64,000 bases of DNA. It comes from Oikopleura dioica. Lineage: Eukaryota; Animalia; Chordata. Numbering within the stretch: the first letter of the stretch is position 1; each line of letters opens with the position of its first letter. The translations under genes were made by a program, and so were the position numbers. This document shows, in pieces, positions 35,520 through 48,940 of this stretch. The stretch lies in assembly GCA_907165135.1 (NCBI GenBank), contig OU015568.1, positions 14,322,001-14,386,000 of the forward strand, given 5' to 3'. The notes beneath the pieces are model-generated. The model did no database searches, was not told the origin of the DNA, and saw only the letters and a program-made list of their open reading frames with translations.

Positions 35520-37824
35520 ATGAAGCTTTTTGCAGTCACAGCATCGACGGTAATAAAAAGAGATTTTTTTGATTGCTTTATATAAAATTAACATAGGTGC
35601 TCGCTGGGACTCCTTACCAGCTTCACCCAGAGGTCGCTGACTGGCATAACGGAGAGTATGGTGATCTTCGTGTCCAGCCATGGCAGGTGCCAAGCTTGGT
35701 AGCTCTTGGCTATCTTGAAGAGAAGTTGAACATCGACTACGATGCTCCAAGCGTGAGTCCAACCGGAAGAGGCCTTGTTACCTGGGCTAATCTCTGGCAA
35801 GGTCAGATTGATCCCGCCGACGGAACATACCTCGTACCCTATGCCATTGGCGACACGGTCCCTGCTGAACATCATCAACAGATTCACGACGAGCTTGTTG
35901 ATTTCTCAAAGGCCATGAGCTGTCTGAAGTTCATTCATGATCAGGATGCGACCTATGCTAACGGTGTTTGGATCGAAGGAGAAACATCATTAGGTGATGG
36001 ATGCTGGTCTTATGTTGGCCAATGCTCCAACTGTGGTCGAGGTGAACGACCGCATATTCCAGAAGGTTGGCAAGCACTTCGTCTTCCAAACTGGTGCGTC
36101 ACCATCGGTGGAGTTCATCACGAGTTCCTTCATGCGGTTGGATACCTTCACGAACAGGATCGACCTGATTATGCTGATTGGATCGAGCCTCGCGATGATG
36201 CAGGAGACATCGACCCTGCTCAATGGATCGATACTGGTCATCCCTTCGAGCCTGCCTCGAACGTCATGTACAGTGGGTTTACTCTTCTCTCAGGAAAAAG
36301 CTACGCCTCTCACCCACTTTTGACAACAACCGACGCGGAACAAGGTTGGGATCTCTACTGCAAAGACTCGAAAGCTACAACTCATCCAATGGAGCCCAAG
36401 TCAAAATGTCTCTTCGGAGATGAAGTTGGAGTCATCCGACCCGTTTTTGAACACAAATTCTGCAATGGCTTCAACGATTGCTTGGATGGCGAGGACGAAG
36501 ATGGCCGCCTCGCGACCTGTGATGAAGGCCCCAAAACTGACCTCGGCTGTTGCACACACATCAACGTGAATTGGAGCGGTGCTGTTTGCACTCCTAATGG
36601 TGTCCATAATGACAGAGACAAGTACCTTTGTCAGCCCGACAATCGAGAGCTCAGATGGGAACCAGGGAGCGGTTGGTATTATGCTGGTTCACCTGGCGCA
36701 TGGGGATATTTTGCTACCGGAAACCCCGATCATGATGCTACATGCATAGGTGGACATGGCGAATTCTCGGCTGACTATCCATGGAATGGATACAATTTGC
36801 TCCTTTCTTGCCAGCCAGGTGATGGTCCAGCTACTCCTATGCCTTGCGCAAGCCATAACTGTCCCGATGATCGATACTGCTCCAACGATGCAGCTTCGGA
36901 AATGGGCTACGAATGCATCTGTCGAGATGCTAGTAACTGTGAATCAACAACAACTGAGGAACCACCAACCGAGCCCCCAACTGAACCACCAACCGAGCCA
37001 CCAACTGAACCTCCATCGGTTTGCAGCTGTGAGCCAGCATGTGAATCTGGATTCGTCTGTGACAATGGAGAATGTGTCGATCACGATGAGTGCCTCACTG
37101 GAGCGCATCACTGTCATGAATTCGAGCAGTGTGTCAACACAAATGGGAACTTCCGATGTGAACCTGGAGAAGATGTTTGCGATGATTCGTGGACACCACA
37201 GTGGAAGGGGGTAAGTTCATTTTTTTATTTGAGCATGAAATGAAAGCAAAAAATTCAGCGCAAAACAGCCAAATACATTTACAAAAACGAGAAGTCGGCT
37301 CTTATTTCTGCCAAATTCCGCGTGAAGAACGCCCCAGTCAACCCTCGAACAGATCTTTACCAAGGATTCATCGTTTGGACCAAGGATGTCTGCGGTAACG
37401 ATTTCTTGAAGAAAATGCGATCTGGAGAGGTTGGAGTCGAGCTTGTCGATACCGAGGATGTTTACGATTTGAACTACGTCTACTTCAAAAACGACGGAAA
37501 GTACTCGTTGGGAGGCTTTTCGTTTGAGTCTACTCAGGTTGTCACTAAGGATACTCCCTGGGCTTTCAAATCAGGTACTGTTCTTTCGATCTTCTATTTC
37601 AAACATATTCAGGTGTTCCAACCAAAAACATGGGCTCTGACGATGTTCAAATCTTCCTCACCGGACTCGATAAGGTTAACTTCCTCGACGCCTTCGGAAT
37701 GGACTGGTGCCTCCTCACCCTCGCGAACGCCCTTATGCCAGCTGGAGACTACCCAGGACACATGACCCAGTGTGTCTTCGAAAATAAGAAATTCTGGAAA
37801 ACTCCTACAGATCCAAATGCATAG
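35520..37824 (+). CDS. Secreted astacin (M12A) metalloprotease with LDLa-like, EPPT-repeat, EGF-like and unknown C-terminal domains
   Basis: Signal MKLFAVTAST|VLAG; HEFLHAVGYLHEQDRPD zinc motif; CNGFNDCLDGEDE; (EPPT)n; EGF-Ca DHDECLTGAHHC..CVNTNGNFRC. Confidence 0.88.
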
Positions 37825-38130
37825 ATAGAATATCTATCGGATAGAATCTATCCTTTTCAATAAGTCTGCAAATTTCACTAGTAGGAGAATGTTTGCTGCA
37901 ACTTTAGAGGCATAGAAAACAATGAATAAAATATCCGTCAGCAAGAATACTTTTTTCATTTCATTCTTTCCGAGTAGTAGCTTAGTTTTTAATTTACAAA
38001 TAAATAATTGAAGAACTTTCAAGATTGTTATGACAAGTTTAAGCTGGACAAGTGTTGAAGGTAGTAACAGGTACAGTACTTTTGTGAGTAAAAATACGGA
38101 AAGAAATAAAAATAGAAGTGAGTAGTTTGG

Positions 38131-40774
38131 CTAAATGTCAAGTTTCTGCGAGGACAAACGAGAGGGTAGCTTGGGAATGAAGTCGTTTCGATAATTGCGT
38201 AGCTCGATTTCTAACCAGTCGAATTTGTTTTTCCACTTTTTCGCCATCTCCGCGATACCGTCATAGGTTTGGGATTTTTCTTAAATCGATTTTAGAGCCG
38301 ATCATAATTTTTGATTTCAATACCTTCCAAGAGATTAATTTCATCCGTGAGATCGTTGGTGACTTCTTTGGCGGTCATTTCTAACCGAGTAAATGTCTCC
38401 TTCAGCTCAGATTCAACCTGATAAGATGTTAATAACAGTGTTAATAACTTTCTCTTATAAAAACCTGATTGGAACACTTCGAAGCGGTGTATTCAACAGA
38501 ATGGCGCAATTTCTCTGATGCATGATCAGCAAACTGCTTTCTAAACTCTTGTCCTTGTCTCGCAGGCGTCCATCGAATCCTTTCAAAAGCGTAGTATCCT
38601 GCATAAGCAAAGATTCCCCCGATTATTATTCGATTTCCAATAGTTGAGAGTCCAGATTTATTCCAGAATTTCCAAGCTGCTGTAGCAACAACACCAGAGG
38701 GAAGGAATCGCTCTGCAGTTTCGACATCTTGAGCTCGAATTGTTCCGTCTAATTTCAACTATGAAAGGGGAATTTTTGAATGGGGGCTTACTTGTGATGC
38801 TCTCTATCTGCGATGGCAAATTAGAACAGGCTCCGACAGTCATATTTTGAATGAAGGATAAGACACTGTAAGAAGTAACGGCTTTTCCGAGATAAGGAAC
38901 TTTTTCCAGAAGGCTTGATAATGATTTGATTAATGGGAAGAGCTAGAATTGTCTTACCGCGTGGGAGAAGCGGAGAACTTGAAGCTCAGGTCTTCTTTGA
39001 AATCATTCAGAGCAAAGAAATTGATCTCGTATTGCAGTGAAAATGGTCGGTTAGCTTCGGTTTTGCACTTTTCTTTATCCTGAAATACCGATAGAATGAG
39101 ATAATTTTCTTCCATTTACCTTGATGACATTTGTTAGTCCTTCGATCATTTCCATCTTTGCCCGACTGACTTCTTCAGTAAGAGATGCTGAACAAAGGGA
39201 GACGAGGTTTTGGCGTACTCCATTTTCGACATGTTCAATGAGCTTTTTTCGATAAGCGTCAATGACAAATTTTGAGGGGTGGAATTTTTCGAACTCGAAA
39301 TTTTCAACCAACTCAGAAACTTTTCCAAGCTCGATGTCTAGTGCCGCAGCTACTTGGTTTGATACATTGTCCTATCGAATCTTTTAGGTTAGATTGGAGT
39401 GACTTTACTTACTGTTATGTGGCTAATCTGGTCATGTACTTTCTTCGTGACTTTCTCCATTTGATCCTTGTTGAAGTTTTTCCTCATCTTTTGTGTATCC
39501 GCTTCGTCGTTAGAGATATTTCTTACGACAAGTGCGGCAGCATTCAAATCGGCCAGGATTTTTGACAAGTGTTTGACGATATTCTCTCCACCAGATACAT
39601 GCTGAGAAAACTTCGTTGCGATCGCTGAACGAGTGATGCACTCTTCAAACTTCTTCTCAAACTCTTCGAACTCGAGCTGACGACTTTTGAAGCCATCTGG
39701 GAAGTTGTTTGGGTTCTCCGGAATGCCTTAAAATCCATCGTTAATTATCTCAAGCGAATAGTCTTCTTACCTTTAGTCCTTGAGATTCTTGTATTGAGCA
39801 TTTCCCGAGCTGAGATAAAGAACACACGGTTTTGGGCTTCAGAGGAGTTGTAAATTTTCAACTCGTCGGTGAGAAAAGCTTCTGCTCGTTCAAGATGCTG
39901 AGCTCGAACTAATAAATATTAAGATTAATAAAAACGAAGAAAATCTAACCTTCATCCATCATATCAGGCTCCTGAGCAGAAGCATCCCATCGATTGTGCA
40001 AAATGAAGATATTCGGCTTTGAGAAGCACTCAGAAACTTTGTGGAAAAAGTTTTTCTCCGCCTGCATCATTGTCGATTCTGCATTCGCCACGAGAATGAA
40101 TACATCCGCGTCCAAGCAGTGCTTATCAATCCACAGGTCCAAATCGGGCGTCACATCCACGCCAGGGCTGTCTACAATGCACACTTCAGCGTTGAGAAGT
40201 CTACATTTGTTTTTCGGCCAGCAAATCTTGATCAAACTGTCTTCTGTCAATTTTTCCGCGGCGCCAGAAAGTGCATGAGCTAGCTTTTGAACTTTTTCTA
40301 CCGCCTGTTCTTCTCCATCTTCAGTAATGATATACGGATTGGGCTTTCCCGATCCCTCAACAGCCAGGAAGCAGGAAGTTGTGTGGCCGATCCCGGAAGG
40401 TAGAACTTTGTCCCATAACATGGCGTTGATGCATGTTGATTTTCCATTTGAGGTGCGCCCGAAGAAGGCAACCTTCATCTGATCTCGAGAAAGGATCTCG
40501 TGGACGCCTGTTACTTTGACGACAAGCTCATTGAGCTCTGCAATCGTGTCTGATGAAAGAACATGGTCGGTGTCAGTCGTAACCACTGTCTCAATGAATG
40601 TCTATAATGATGGCTAAAATTTGCTGAAATAATTTATAGAGACGTAAAAATTTGAGCCATTTCCTGTACTGCTTCTATTTGCTCTTTAATCTGCTCGAAG
40701 ACCTCCTGAATCTTCCGCTTGGCGTCGGAGAACTCCTCAAATACAGATTCCGTTCTTGGCATGACCGCACTCAT
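38131..40774 (-). CDS. MFN: Mitofusin (dynamin-like GTPase)
   Basis: KVAFFGRTSNGKSTCINAMLWDKVLPSGIGHTTSCF, DSPG.D, DADVFILVANAES, KPNIFILHNRWDASA, ERIRWT..EFRKQF, C-terminal KNKFDWLEIEL. Confidence 0.95.
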
Positions 40775-41163
40775 TTTCTCGTCGCTCCAATGTCTGAAAA
40801 AGCCATTCTGAATTCAAGCCGTCTGTTAGTCACTCAACCTCATCTCTGAACCCTCTTTGACCCTTACACAAACTAACACACAGTCATCACAAAAAAGAAA
40901 ACTCACGCAATGATTTAAATCAAGCGATATTTATTTGCAGGTATCAGCAAGATTGAAGGGGTTTAATAATTGGTCTATAAAGGTTGTCTTGTTTTGGGCA
41001 GTCAATTTATTTATCTAGAAATCTTTGTACAGTTGTGGTTTGTAGACCTTATTTTCCAATTGGACGTTTGTATTTTTTGCATTTTTGAACAAAGCGGAGT
41101 GGTAGTTTGAACTTATTACCAGCCTAGAAGTATTTATGATTAATTTCATTCATTAAAAGTTTT

Positions 41164-44100
41164 CTAACCGGTGTTTCCATCGGGTGATCGATTGCCCATC
41201 GTAGCGGCATCACTCCACGCGTCGGAATTCTTTTTCTTTGGGCTTTTGGTGCCCCATCCACCAGAGCTTCGAGCTGGACTCTTATTTCCCCAGCTACTTC
41301 CACCGCCATCTCGAGCGGGGCTCTTTCCACCCCATGCGTTTCCACCACCGCTGCTGCTCTTGTTGCCCCACGGGCTCGAAGGCGTTCTCGAGCCGCTCTT
41401 CGTTCCCCAGCCGCTGGAGTTCGACTGTGAATTTGGATTGCTACCCCAAGAGTGGTTTGGAGTTCGATCGCCCCGTGGAGTCATATCGCCGCGTGGAGTT
41501 TTACCGCCCCTTGGAGTGCGGCTTCCAGCCCAAGAACCTTCGTCAGCTCTTGGCGTTCTTGGGGCTCCCCAGCTGCTAGATCCTTCTCGTCGAGCATCAC
41601 CACCGGCCCATGGTGACTTACCACCGCCAGCAGCGTCCCTTGCAGCCCATGGTGATTTTCCACCGTCATCTCGGTCTCTACCACTTGTATCGCTGCCTCC
41701 CCATGGACTTCTCTCGGCTGATGGACCTCCTTTTCCGCCCCATGGTGATGGCTCTCTACTATACAAATTGTGAGATGCAGACAAAATGCACGATTCTTAC
41801 CTGTCTCTATCATTTGAACTATTCCAGGATGGCTGTCGATCATCTCTGCTGAAAGAAGAGCCACGATCTCCTCTGTCTCTTCCCCTATAGCTACCGCCAT
41901 CTCGATCTCGTCTATCTCCTCCGTCTCTTCGTCCACCAAAGTCGCCACGACCACGTCCTCGGCCGCGTCCACCGCCTCGGCCTCCGCGTCTATCTCCTCC
42001 ACGGTCCCATCCTCTGTCGCCACCTCTATCGCCGCCTCGGCCACCGCCCCAAGAATTTCTATCGTCTCTTCCTGGACGGTCACCACCGGATCTACCAGAT
42101 GATCTGCCCCAGCCGCCGTCATCATCATCGACTCTTCTAAGAAGAGAAGGCTTCTTGAATCCATCATCATCAACTCTTTGGAGTGTTGGTTTGCGCGGTG
42201 ATTCTTCGAATGGATCCGAAGGAGTGTAAGCACCACCTTTGAGCTCCTTGAGTTGTTGTCGATTGAGAGAATTCACGATTTCTGCCAGGCCTTGTTTTGG
42301 ATCGCGACGGACAGGAGCTGGAGGACGCTCGAGGTAATGCTCTTTGAAGTACTGGAAGAGAGTCGCTGTAGTTGAGTGAACAATTTGACGGTAGCGGAAT
42401 CCGTCTGGCAGTGCTGTTATGTATTCGTGCTTCACAGAGCTGTTCGATGAAGGGAGGAAGGAGAGCATAAATTTCCCTGAAAATAAAGTTTATCAAACAA
42501 TTGAAGAGAAATTAGATCACCTTCAACTTCGGCTGGGCCGCAAGTGTCCTTGCGGCAGCAGGAGATAAAGTAGGGAATCTTCTTCGCATCAGCTCTTTTA
42601 GCTTCCTTACAAAGAGCCTCTGCTTCCTTACGAGCACCCCCGATATCTCTGAAGTACTTGTGCTCGATCAAATCGCGTGCATTCGAAGCCATCGGCTGAA
42701 CGTATCGTGCGATAACCTCATCGAGATCTTCATACTCTTCGCCGTTGATGATGAGCTTTTCACCAAGTGTGTAGCTGTTGATTTTGTTTCTTTCGTGAAT
42801 CGTGATTTGCGAGTAAATGTTGTCGTGGACTTTCCAAGTGGCGCTGATGAAATCAGATCCTTTTGAACTTGGTCGGATGATGCACTCGCCTTGATCCATG
42901 GACTGCAGTCTGAGGATCGCATCGCCGTAGGAGATGTTCATGAAATTATCATGAGCAATGACGCGCTAGAAAACTTATGAAAATACCGAATTATTTCATA
43001 GGGTACCTTGGTGTATTGAGACTGATTTTGAGCCTTTTTCTTCTTATTCTGAAATTGAGCGAGGACCATGTCCATCTTGGTCTTATCCAGATGCCTGTCT
43101 TGCTCTTTGTGATTGGCTCCGAAATTATCGTTCTGTAGATCGGTACTCTTCGTAGTCAATCGCAACTGGAACTTTTCGAAGTTGATGGACTTGATGCGTC
43201 CTCGAACGACCTGATCGAGCTTCATTCTTGTCGTTGGATCCTCGACGTACCCATCGTCTCGACTGGAGATGCTATTTCTATCAACAAGGGCCGAAAGGCC
43301 GTTGTCGAGCTTGATGGAAACCGCCCAAAGTTCTCCTGGACACTTATCATCTAAATCATTGATTTAACAAGATGATCATTTTTAAAAATCCTACAATTGT
43401 CAAGGGTGTCAAAGTGAGTCCAGACTTGACTGAGTTCCGTGAAATCTTTTCGTTTGCACCAGGGGCACATCCAGCAGTCTGTTCCTTCCACTCGCTTGGG
43501 ATCTTTTAGATTTTCCTCGCTCATTTGTCCGTTTTCATCCTTCTTAGTCGCCGAGTACATGAACCTAAGATTTGATAAACATCATAAACACTTATTTGTG
43601 TACCTTTGAACGGTTCCAGTTACCATCTTTTGCGGATAAATAGTGTCCGCTGTTTCACCAGTAAGGAGATAGAAGAGCTCGTCAGAATGAATTTGTCTGG
43701 GAGGCTTGCGGTTGTCTCTAAATGGAGAACCGATCTCTTTTTTCAACTGATAGAGCGTGCAGATCTTGTTGAAGATGTTGAAATTGCCCTCATTGTGATT
43801 GAGTGTAATCAGATCAGCATTGAATGCTTCGAGATCCAGGCCTTGCAGGTACTCCGGCTTTCCCATGACCTAAGATTCGATGACAAACAGTTTTAACGTC
43901 ATAAATTACCTTGTTGACAGCTCGATACTCCTCATTTTCGTACTCGTCCTCCTCCATTTCATCTGGAGCGACTTGACAAGCCAAATCCTTGCACATTTTT
44001 CGTCCATATTCGAAACTTTCTGGATGAATACGAGTACTGTCGAAAACATCGACGTATTCTTCAGCGTCGCCGAGTTCGGAAGTGTTCAACCGGATGAAAC

Positions 44101-47100
44101 CGACACAATTGACGAAGACGGTTGGACCAATCGAACGGACTTGATCATCGTTGACGCCAAGGATCTTTTGTCGATGCTCGATTCGGATATTTTGGCGACG
44201 ATAATCCTTCAGGAAAGCATCGGCTTTTCTTCTTCCAAGACCTGTAAATATAAGAAGAGGTTCAGTCAATTGTAAATACCTGGTAAGAATTGAAGAAGTT
44301 GACTGTGATGATCAAGAGCGATAGCCTGATTAATGTCGACTCCGATGTCGCAAACTATTTTCTGCATTTCTTCCTCAAGTGCTTTGCGAAGGAGATCTTT
44401 AGTTCGACGATCTTTGAGAAGATACTGATTTGGCGAAAGATTGAGGCAAAGAATGTCATCATCTGGGTTGAAGAGCTGGGAGATTTCGATTGCAGGGTCA
44501 AGAGCAAATCGTCCTAGAAAAGCATTAGCTTTAGTGATAGAGAAATATTTTACCTAATGAAATGGCGAGACGAAGTTCTTCTGGATAATCAGGATAAGCT
44601 TCTTGGGCGAATTTGGCGACAGAGTAGACACGAGAGACCATTGGATCTCTGAATTCAACTACAGGCTTGGGATAGCCGTCTTCGATGTGGAGTTCCTCGA
44701 TTACTCGATTGACCATGGTCATAAGGTTTCGAGATTTCATCGAAGTGGCAGCCAAAATGATAGCGTAGGGTCGGTATCGAGAAAGAATCTGCTTCAGCTG
44801 GTCAATGTCGCGTTTCATCGACTGATGATGAGGGTGACTTTCTCTCATTGCAGGAGCCATGATTCGGTTAAATTTTCGATACATGTGGATTTCACCGTCT
44901 TGCTTGAGCATGACTCCAAAGGTTGGCACTTCAATTCGGTCACTGGCGTGGAGACAGAGAAGCAAATCTTCTTGCTCGTAGTCTTCATCTTCGAGGGGAT
45001 TATTGATCGGAATGCACGGACCGGCAGAGGCGATGGCACGGAACTTTCGCCGAGCAAACTCGTATATTCCTTCTTCTGCTTCTTCAATCAACTTGAGCTT
45101 GAGTTTTTGGATAAAGGCGGGATAGAGCATTTGATTGAGCATCTCCTGAATTAGCATCTGACGCTGCGTGTTCCACTTGACAGTGAGATCATCATTGAGA
45201 TCCTTGTTGTAAAGATCAAAGAGGTCTTCTTCGATGTCGTCAAGAATCATGCCATTTCCGTCTGGGTCAGTGAATCGGTGACTAGGTCGTTTTTCAAGGC
45301 CGATTTCCATCTCAATGAGCTTATCATCGGCTCCATTTTTCAAGTGAATAAATTCGGCGCCTTTTAGATCCTTTATGGGCTTGTTGCTCAAAAATCGAAG
45401 TCGATAAAGGGGGTGGTCCTCGTCAATAGCACGCTCGCCCTTTTTCGTCAGCGTGGTGGAAATGCATGCCTTTTCGAAGAATTGCTTTCGAACAACCTTT
45501 CGAACTTCGGGTTCAACAGCCATTTGCTGAGCGGCGACAAAACGGGCACCGCGGAGAACTTTCTCGGCGGAATCGAACTGATCTGTCACATACAATGATG
45601 CGAATTCCTCTGGCTGCTCGTCGCATTGATTGACTTCGTGGTTCTGGAAGTCGCATTTGACGTGATCAGCGAATTCTTCCGGTGTCAGACCGAATTTCTT
45701 AGCAACTTCGCCAAGGTTGTTTTTCAGGCATAAGTTGTAGTTCGAGTTTCGCTGGGCCTGCTTCATGTTCTTTGTGTCTCCAGAATTGTATTCTTCGTCC
45801 TCATTTCGATTTTTCTGATTCATTTTTTGGACATCCCGGCCAAAATGAAGCTGGAAGAACTGAAAGTAATCATCGAGTTCGTTTTGAGTGTTGCATTCTT
45901 CGACTTTACTGACGTATGAAGGCTCAAGGGATCGGTAAACTTTGAAGTCTTCAGATTGACTTTCGTCGTACTGGAAATTAAGCATGTTCTGGAAGAGCTT
46001 GTGGAGCTTGATCTTCTTTTGAGAGAATTTCATGTAGTGCTCATCATATCGAAGGATTCGGTGGAGATCGAAAAAGTCAAGACTTTGCTCAGTATCGATG
46101 TAGTTGAGTCGCGACTCGTTGACATTAGGCAAGTCGGTTTCGAAAATTTCATTCGGGAACTCGCACTCTGGAATTCGCTCTCGGTCATCTCCCTCTTCGC
46201 CTTTCTTCTCTTTTCGATACCAAAGGAGCTCGTCGAAGGTGATATCGGCATCACCAAGTTCGCGACGTTCCTTGTTCACTCTCTGAAGCTCCTCTTCGTT
46301 TAGAAACTGAGTTCTGCCTTCATGATCACCGATTTTCATTTTGCGGTTGATACGACCAAGACGCGGCCCATTCATGCTCATTGAAGTATCCATAGGTTGG
46401 CCCGTGCTACCGGCGCCGCCCCAGCTGCTGCTTGCTGTGTTTGCCCATGGGCTCTCACCAATATTTTCCTTGTTTGACTCGGAAGCAGTCCATGGAGATG
46501 CAGATGACTTTTCTGAGGTATCATTATTTTCCCAACCAGAGTTTGGTTTGTCAGCATCATTAGATGTGTTGCCCCAACCGCCACCGACGGGACTCGCGGG
46601 TGCGTCGCCCCATCCGCCGGGTTTTCGAGCCATCTCGGGGTTACCCCAATCGCCATCACCGGTGCTACTACCCCAGCCGTCATTGCCAGCCATAGAGCCA
46701 TTTTCTCTTGGAAAATCACTTTCTCGTTCGCTCATGAAATCTTTAAGTGGCACACCGAATTCATCCTTGATGTATTTTCCGATCAGATCCCAGTGGAGAA
46801 TTTGCTCTTGCCTATATTTGTAAATAAACGCCGGTTCAAGTACAGTAAGACCGTTTGAAATGCCTTCTCCGACTCGGAAGTTGTAAAGCGCCTTGTAAAT
46901 CTTGAAGAGGAATGTGTTGTGTTTTCTGCCGTATTCCATGATGTACTTTAGTCTTTGTTCGCGGTCTTCGTGATTTCGCAACGGCTCATAGTCTTTGTAT
47001 TTCAAAAACACTTTAGCAGCGTCGTCGATTCTCTTCTTGGGATAAGGGCTTGCATAAACAGTCGGCATCTTTTCTGGCTCTGGTTCAGGCTCTTCACCCT

Positions 47101-48940
47101 CTCTTGGCCTCTTCTTGAATTCAGGCAATTGCTTGACTTCCTGGCGAAACATTGGATCTTCAAATTCTTGATTGGAAATGGAAGAGTTGAAAGCGTTCTC
47201 CAAGATCCATCGAGCTTCCAGCTCAAGTTCGTTCTCGATCGCATCTGCGTCTGTTTGAACGTCTGAAATCTCGATATACTTGACCGGGCATTGACCATCT
47301 CCTCGAGTTTGAAAGCGCTCAGGACGATCTTCGTCGATGATCGCGGTGGCTTCGTCATTGTAGCCTCGTCGCTCAAGTTCGTCCGGTTCATAAAGATCTG
47401 TAAGCGCTTTCTTCGATTTCTTCTGCTTCACAGGCCGCGGCTCGTCTTCGTCGTATTCTCCATATTCGTTTTCGAAATCTTCAAACATTTCCCCAAGCTG
47501 AGTCGGATCAATGTCGAAGATATTCGCTGCTTCGCGAAGATTCTCGTCGACGTAAACATTTCCGCCTTTGGACTTCTTGTTCGTATAAATAGGATTGCCC
47601 TGATCATCGACGATGAAGTTGTTCTCGTCGTCGGAACCGGAGTCAGAGTCAAAGTTGTCCTTTTCTCGTCGAGCACGGCGCGGTTCCATAGGCTGGTCGT
47701 CATCGGAGCCGAGTGTTTCGTCGAAAATGTCACGCTGGATTCGATCTCGATCGTCTAGATCTTCATTCGCGTCTTCTTCATCGTCGGAGTCCATCACAAC
47801 TCGGTTGAGCTTTTGACGCCTAGGGATGAAAAGTTACAACTTTGTGAAAAAATTTTCTCTATTTACCTGTTGACATTGATGCCCAAGTTCTCATTGATCA
47901 AATCAAAATCGTCATCGTCGAGCTTGTCATCTCGCAGCGCATCATCGCCATCTCTTCGCTTCTTTTTCTTCTTTTTTCGACGTCTCTCGCCAGAAGCTTC
48001 TTCCTCGACCTCTCCGTCGTCGATCAGATCCTCGAGATCTCCATCTTCTTCCGAATCGTCCTCGTCATCGTCAGAGTCCTCGAGAACTTTCATCTTCTTA
48101 TATTTCTTCGACTTTTTGGGGTTTCTCAAAAGCTCCTCATCTTCATTCTCACTTTCTTCCGCCATTTTGTCTTCAAAATCAGCCGGATTCCACTTTTTCT
48201 TTTTCTTCGGTTTCTCGTCGGCGGAATCGTCGCTATCTCCGTCATCGCTGTCTGCTGGTCGTTTATGACCCTTTCGAGAGTTTCAATTAAGTAAAAGGGG
48301 AATTCATTAGTTGAGAAAACTACGAAAATTTCAAAGAATAATGAGTTGAGAAAAACTCTTTCCTTTGGATTCTCATCATCGGAGCCGGACATTGCATCAT
48401 CCGACTGCTCTTTCGTGGACTTTTCTCCGTCAGAATCATCAGAAGCCGAATCAGCTTGTCTTGGTTTTCGACTCACTGGCTCGTCGTCACTGTCATCAGA
48501 CGAATCGAGGTTATTGCGCGCTCGGGGTGCTTCATCCTCGTCGCTAGAAAATAGAATTTCGGTTTCCGAACAGCTGCAAACAAGTTCTTCGATAATGTAA
48601 ATAGCAAACAAAGAAGTTGAAAAAGGTTCTCGTTCCAACTTTATAAAAGCTGATAAGTGACAATGTAAGTACACCCAGCAAATAAAGTCCTTCAGTATAA
48701 TTCTTCGACTCGAAAACACGAAGCTTGAAAGGCAAAAATGAAAGAAATTTAAAACTAGCATAAGTTTTCGACTCGAAAACACTAAATTCGATTAAAAACG
48801 CTATCAACTCTCGTCTACCTCGATGCAGAGTCGTTGATCCTGGCTTGAGGTCGTCCCGTATCCTGATCCGAATCTGAAGCGGAATCCTCCGCCTGAAGGT
48901 TCCGTCGTGGCTCATCATCTGACTCGTCCGAGGAGCTCAT
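41164..48940 (-). CDS. SUPT6H: Transcription elongation factor/histone chaperone SPT6 with WG/GW-rich additions
   Basis: Acidic N-terminus with DDDDFDLINENLG; HtH, YqgF and HhH core (DSTRIHPE); S1; tandem SH2 (QGECIIRPSSKG..TWKV, KKIPYF); long Gly/Trp-rich tail. Confidence 0.95.

Noticed and set aside
41171-47816. Many long antisense ORFs opposite SPT6, KIF23, HIBADH and PPIB
   Set aside because: Shadow frames produced by codon bias and low complexity in the real coding strand.
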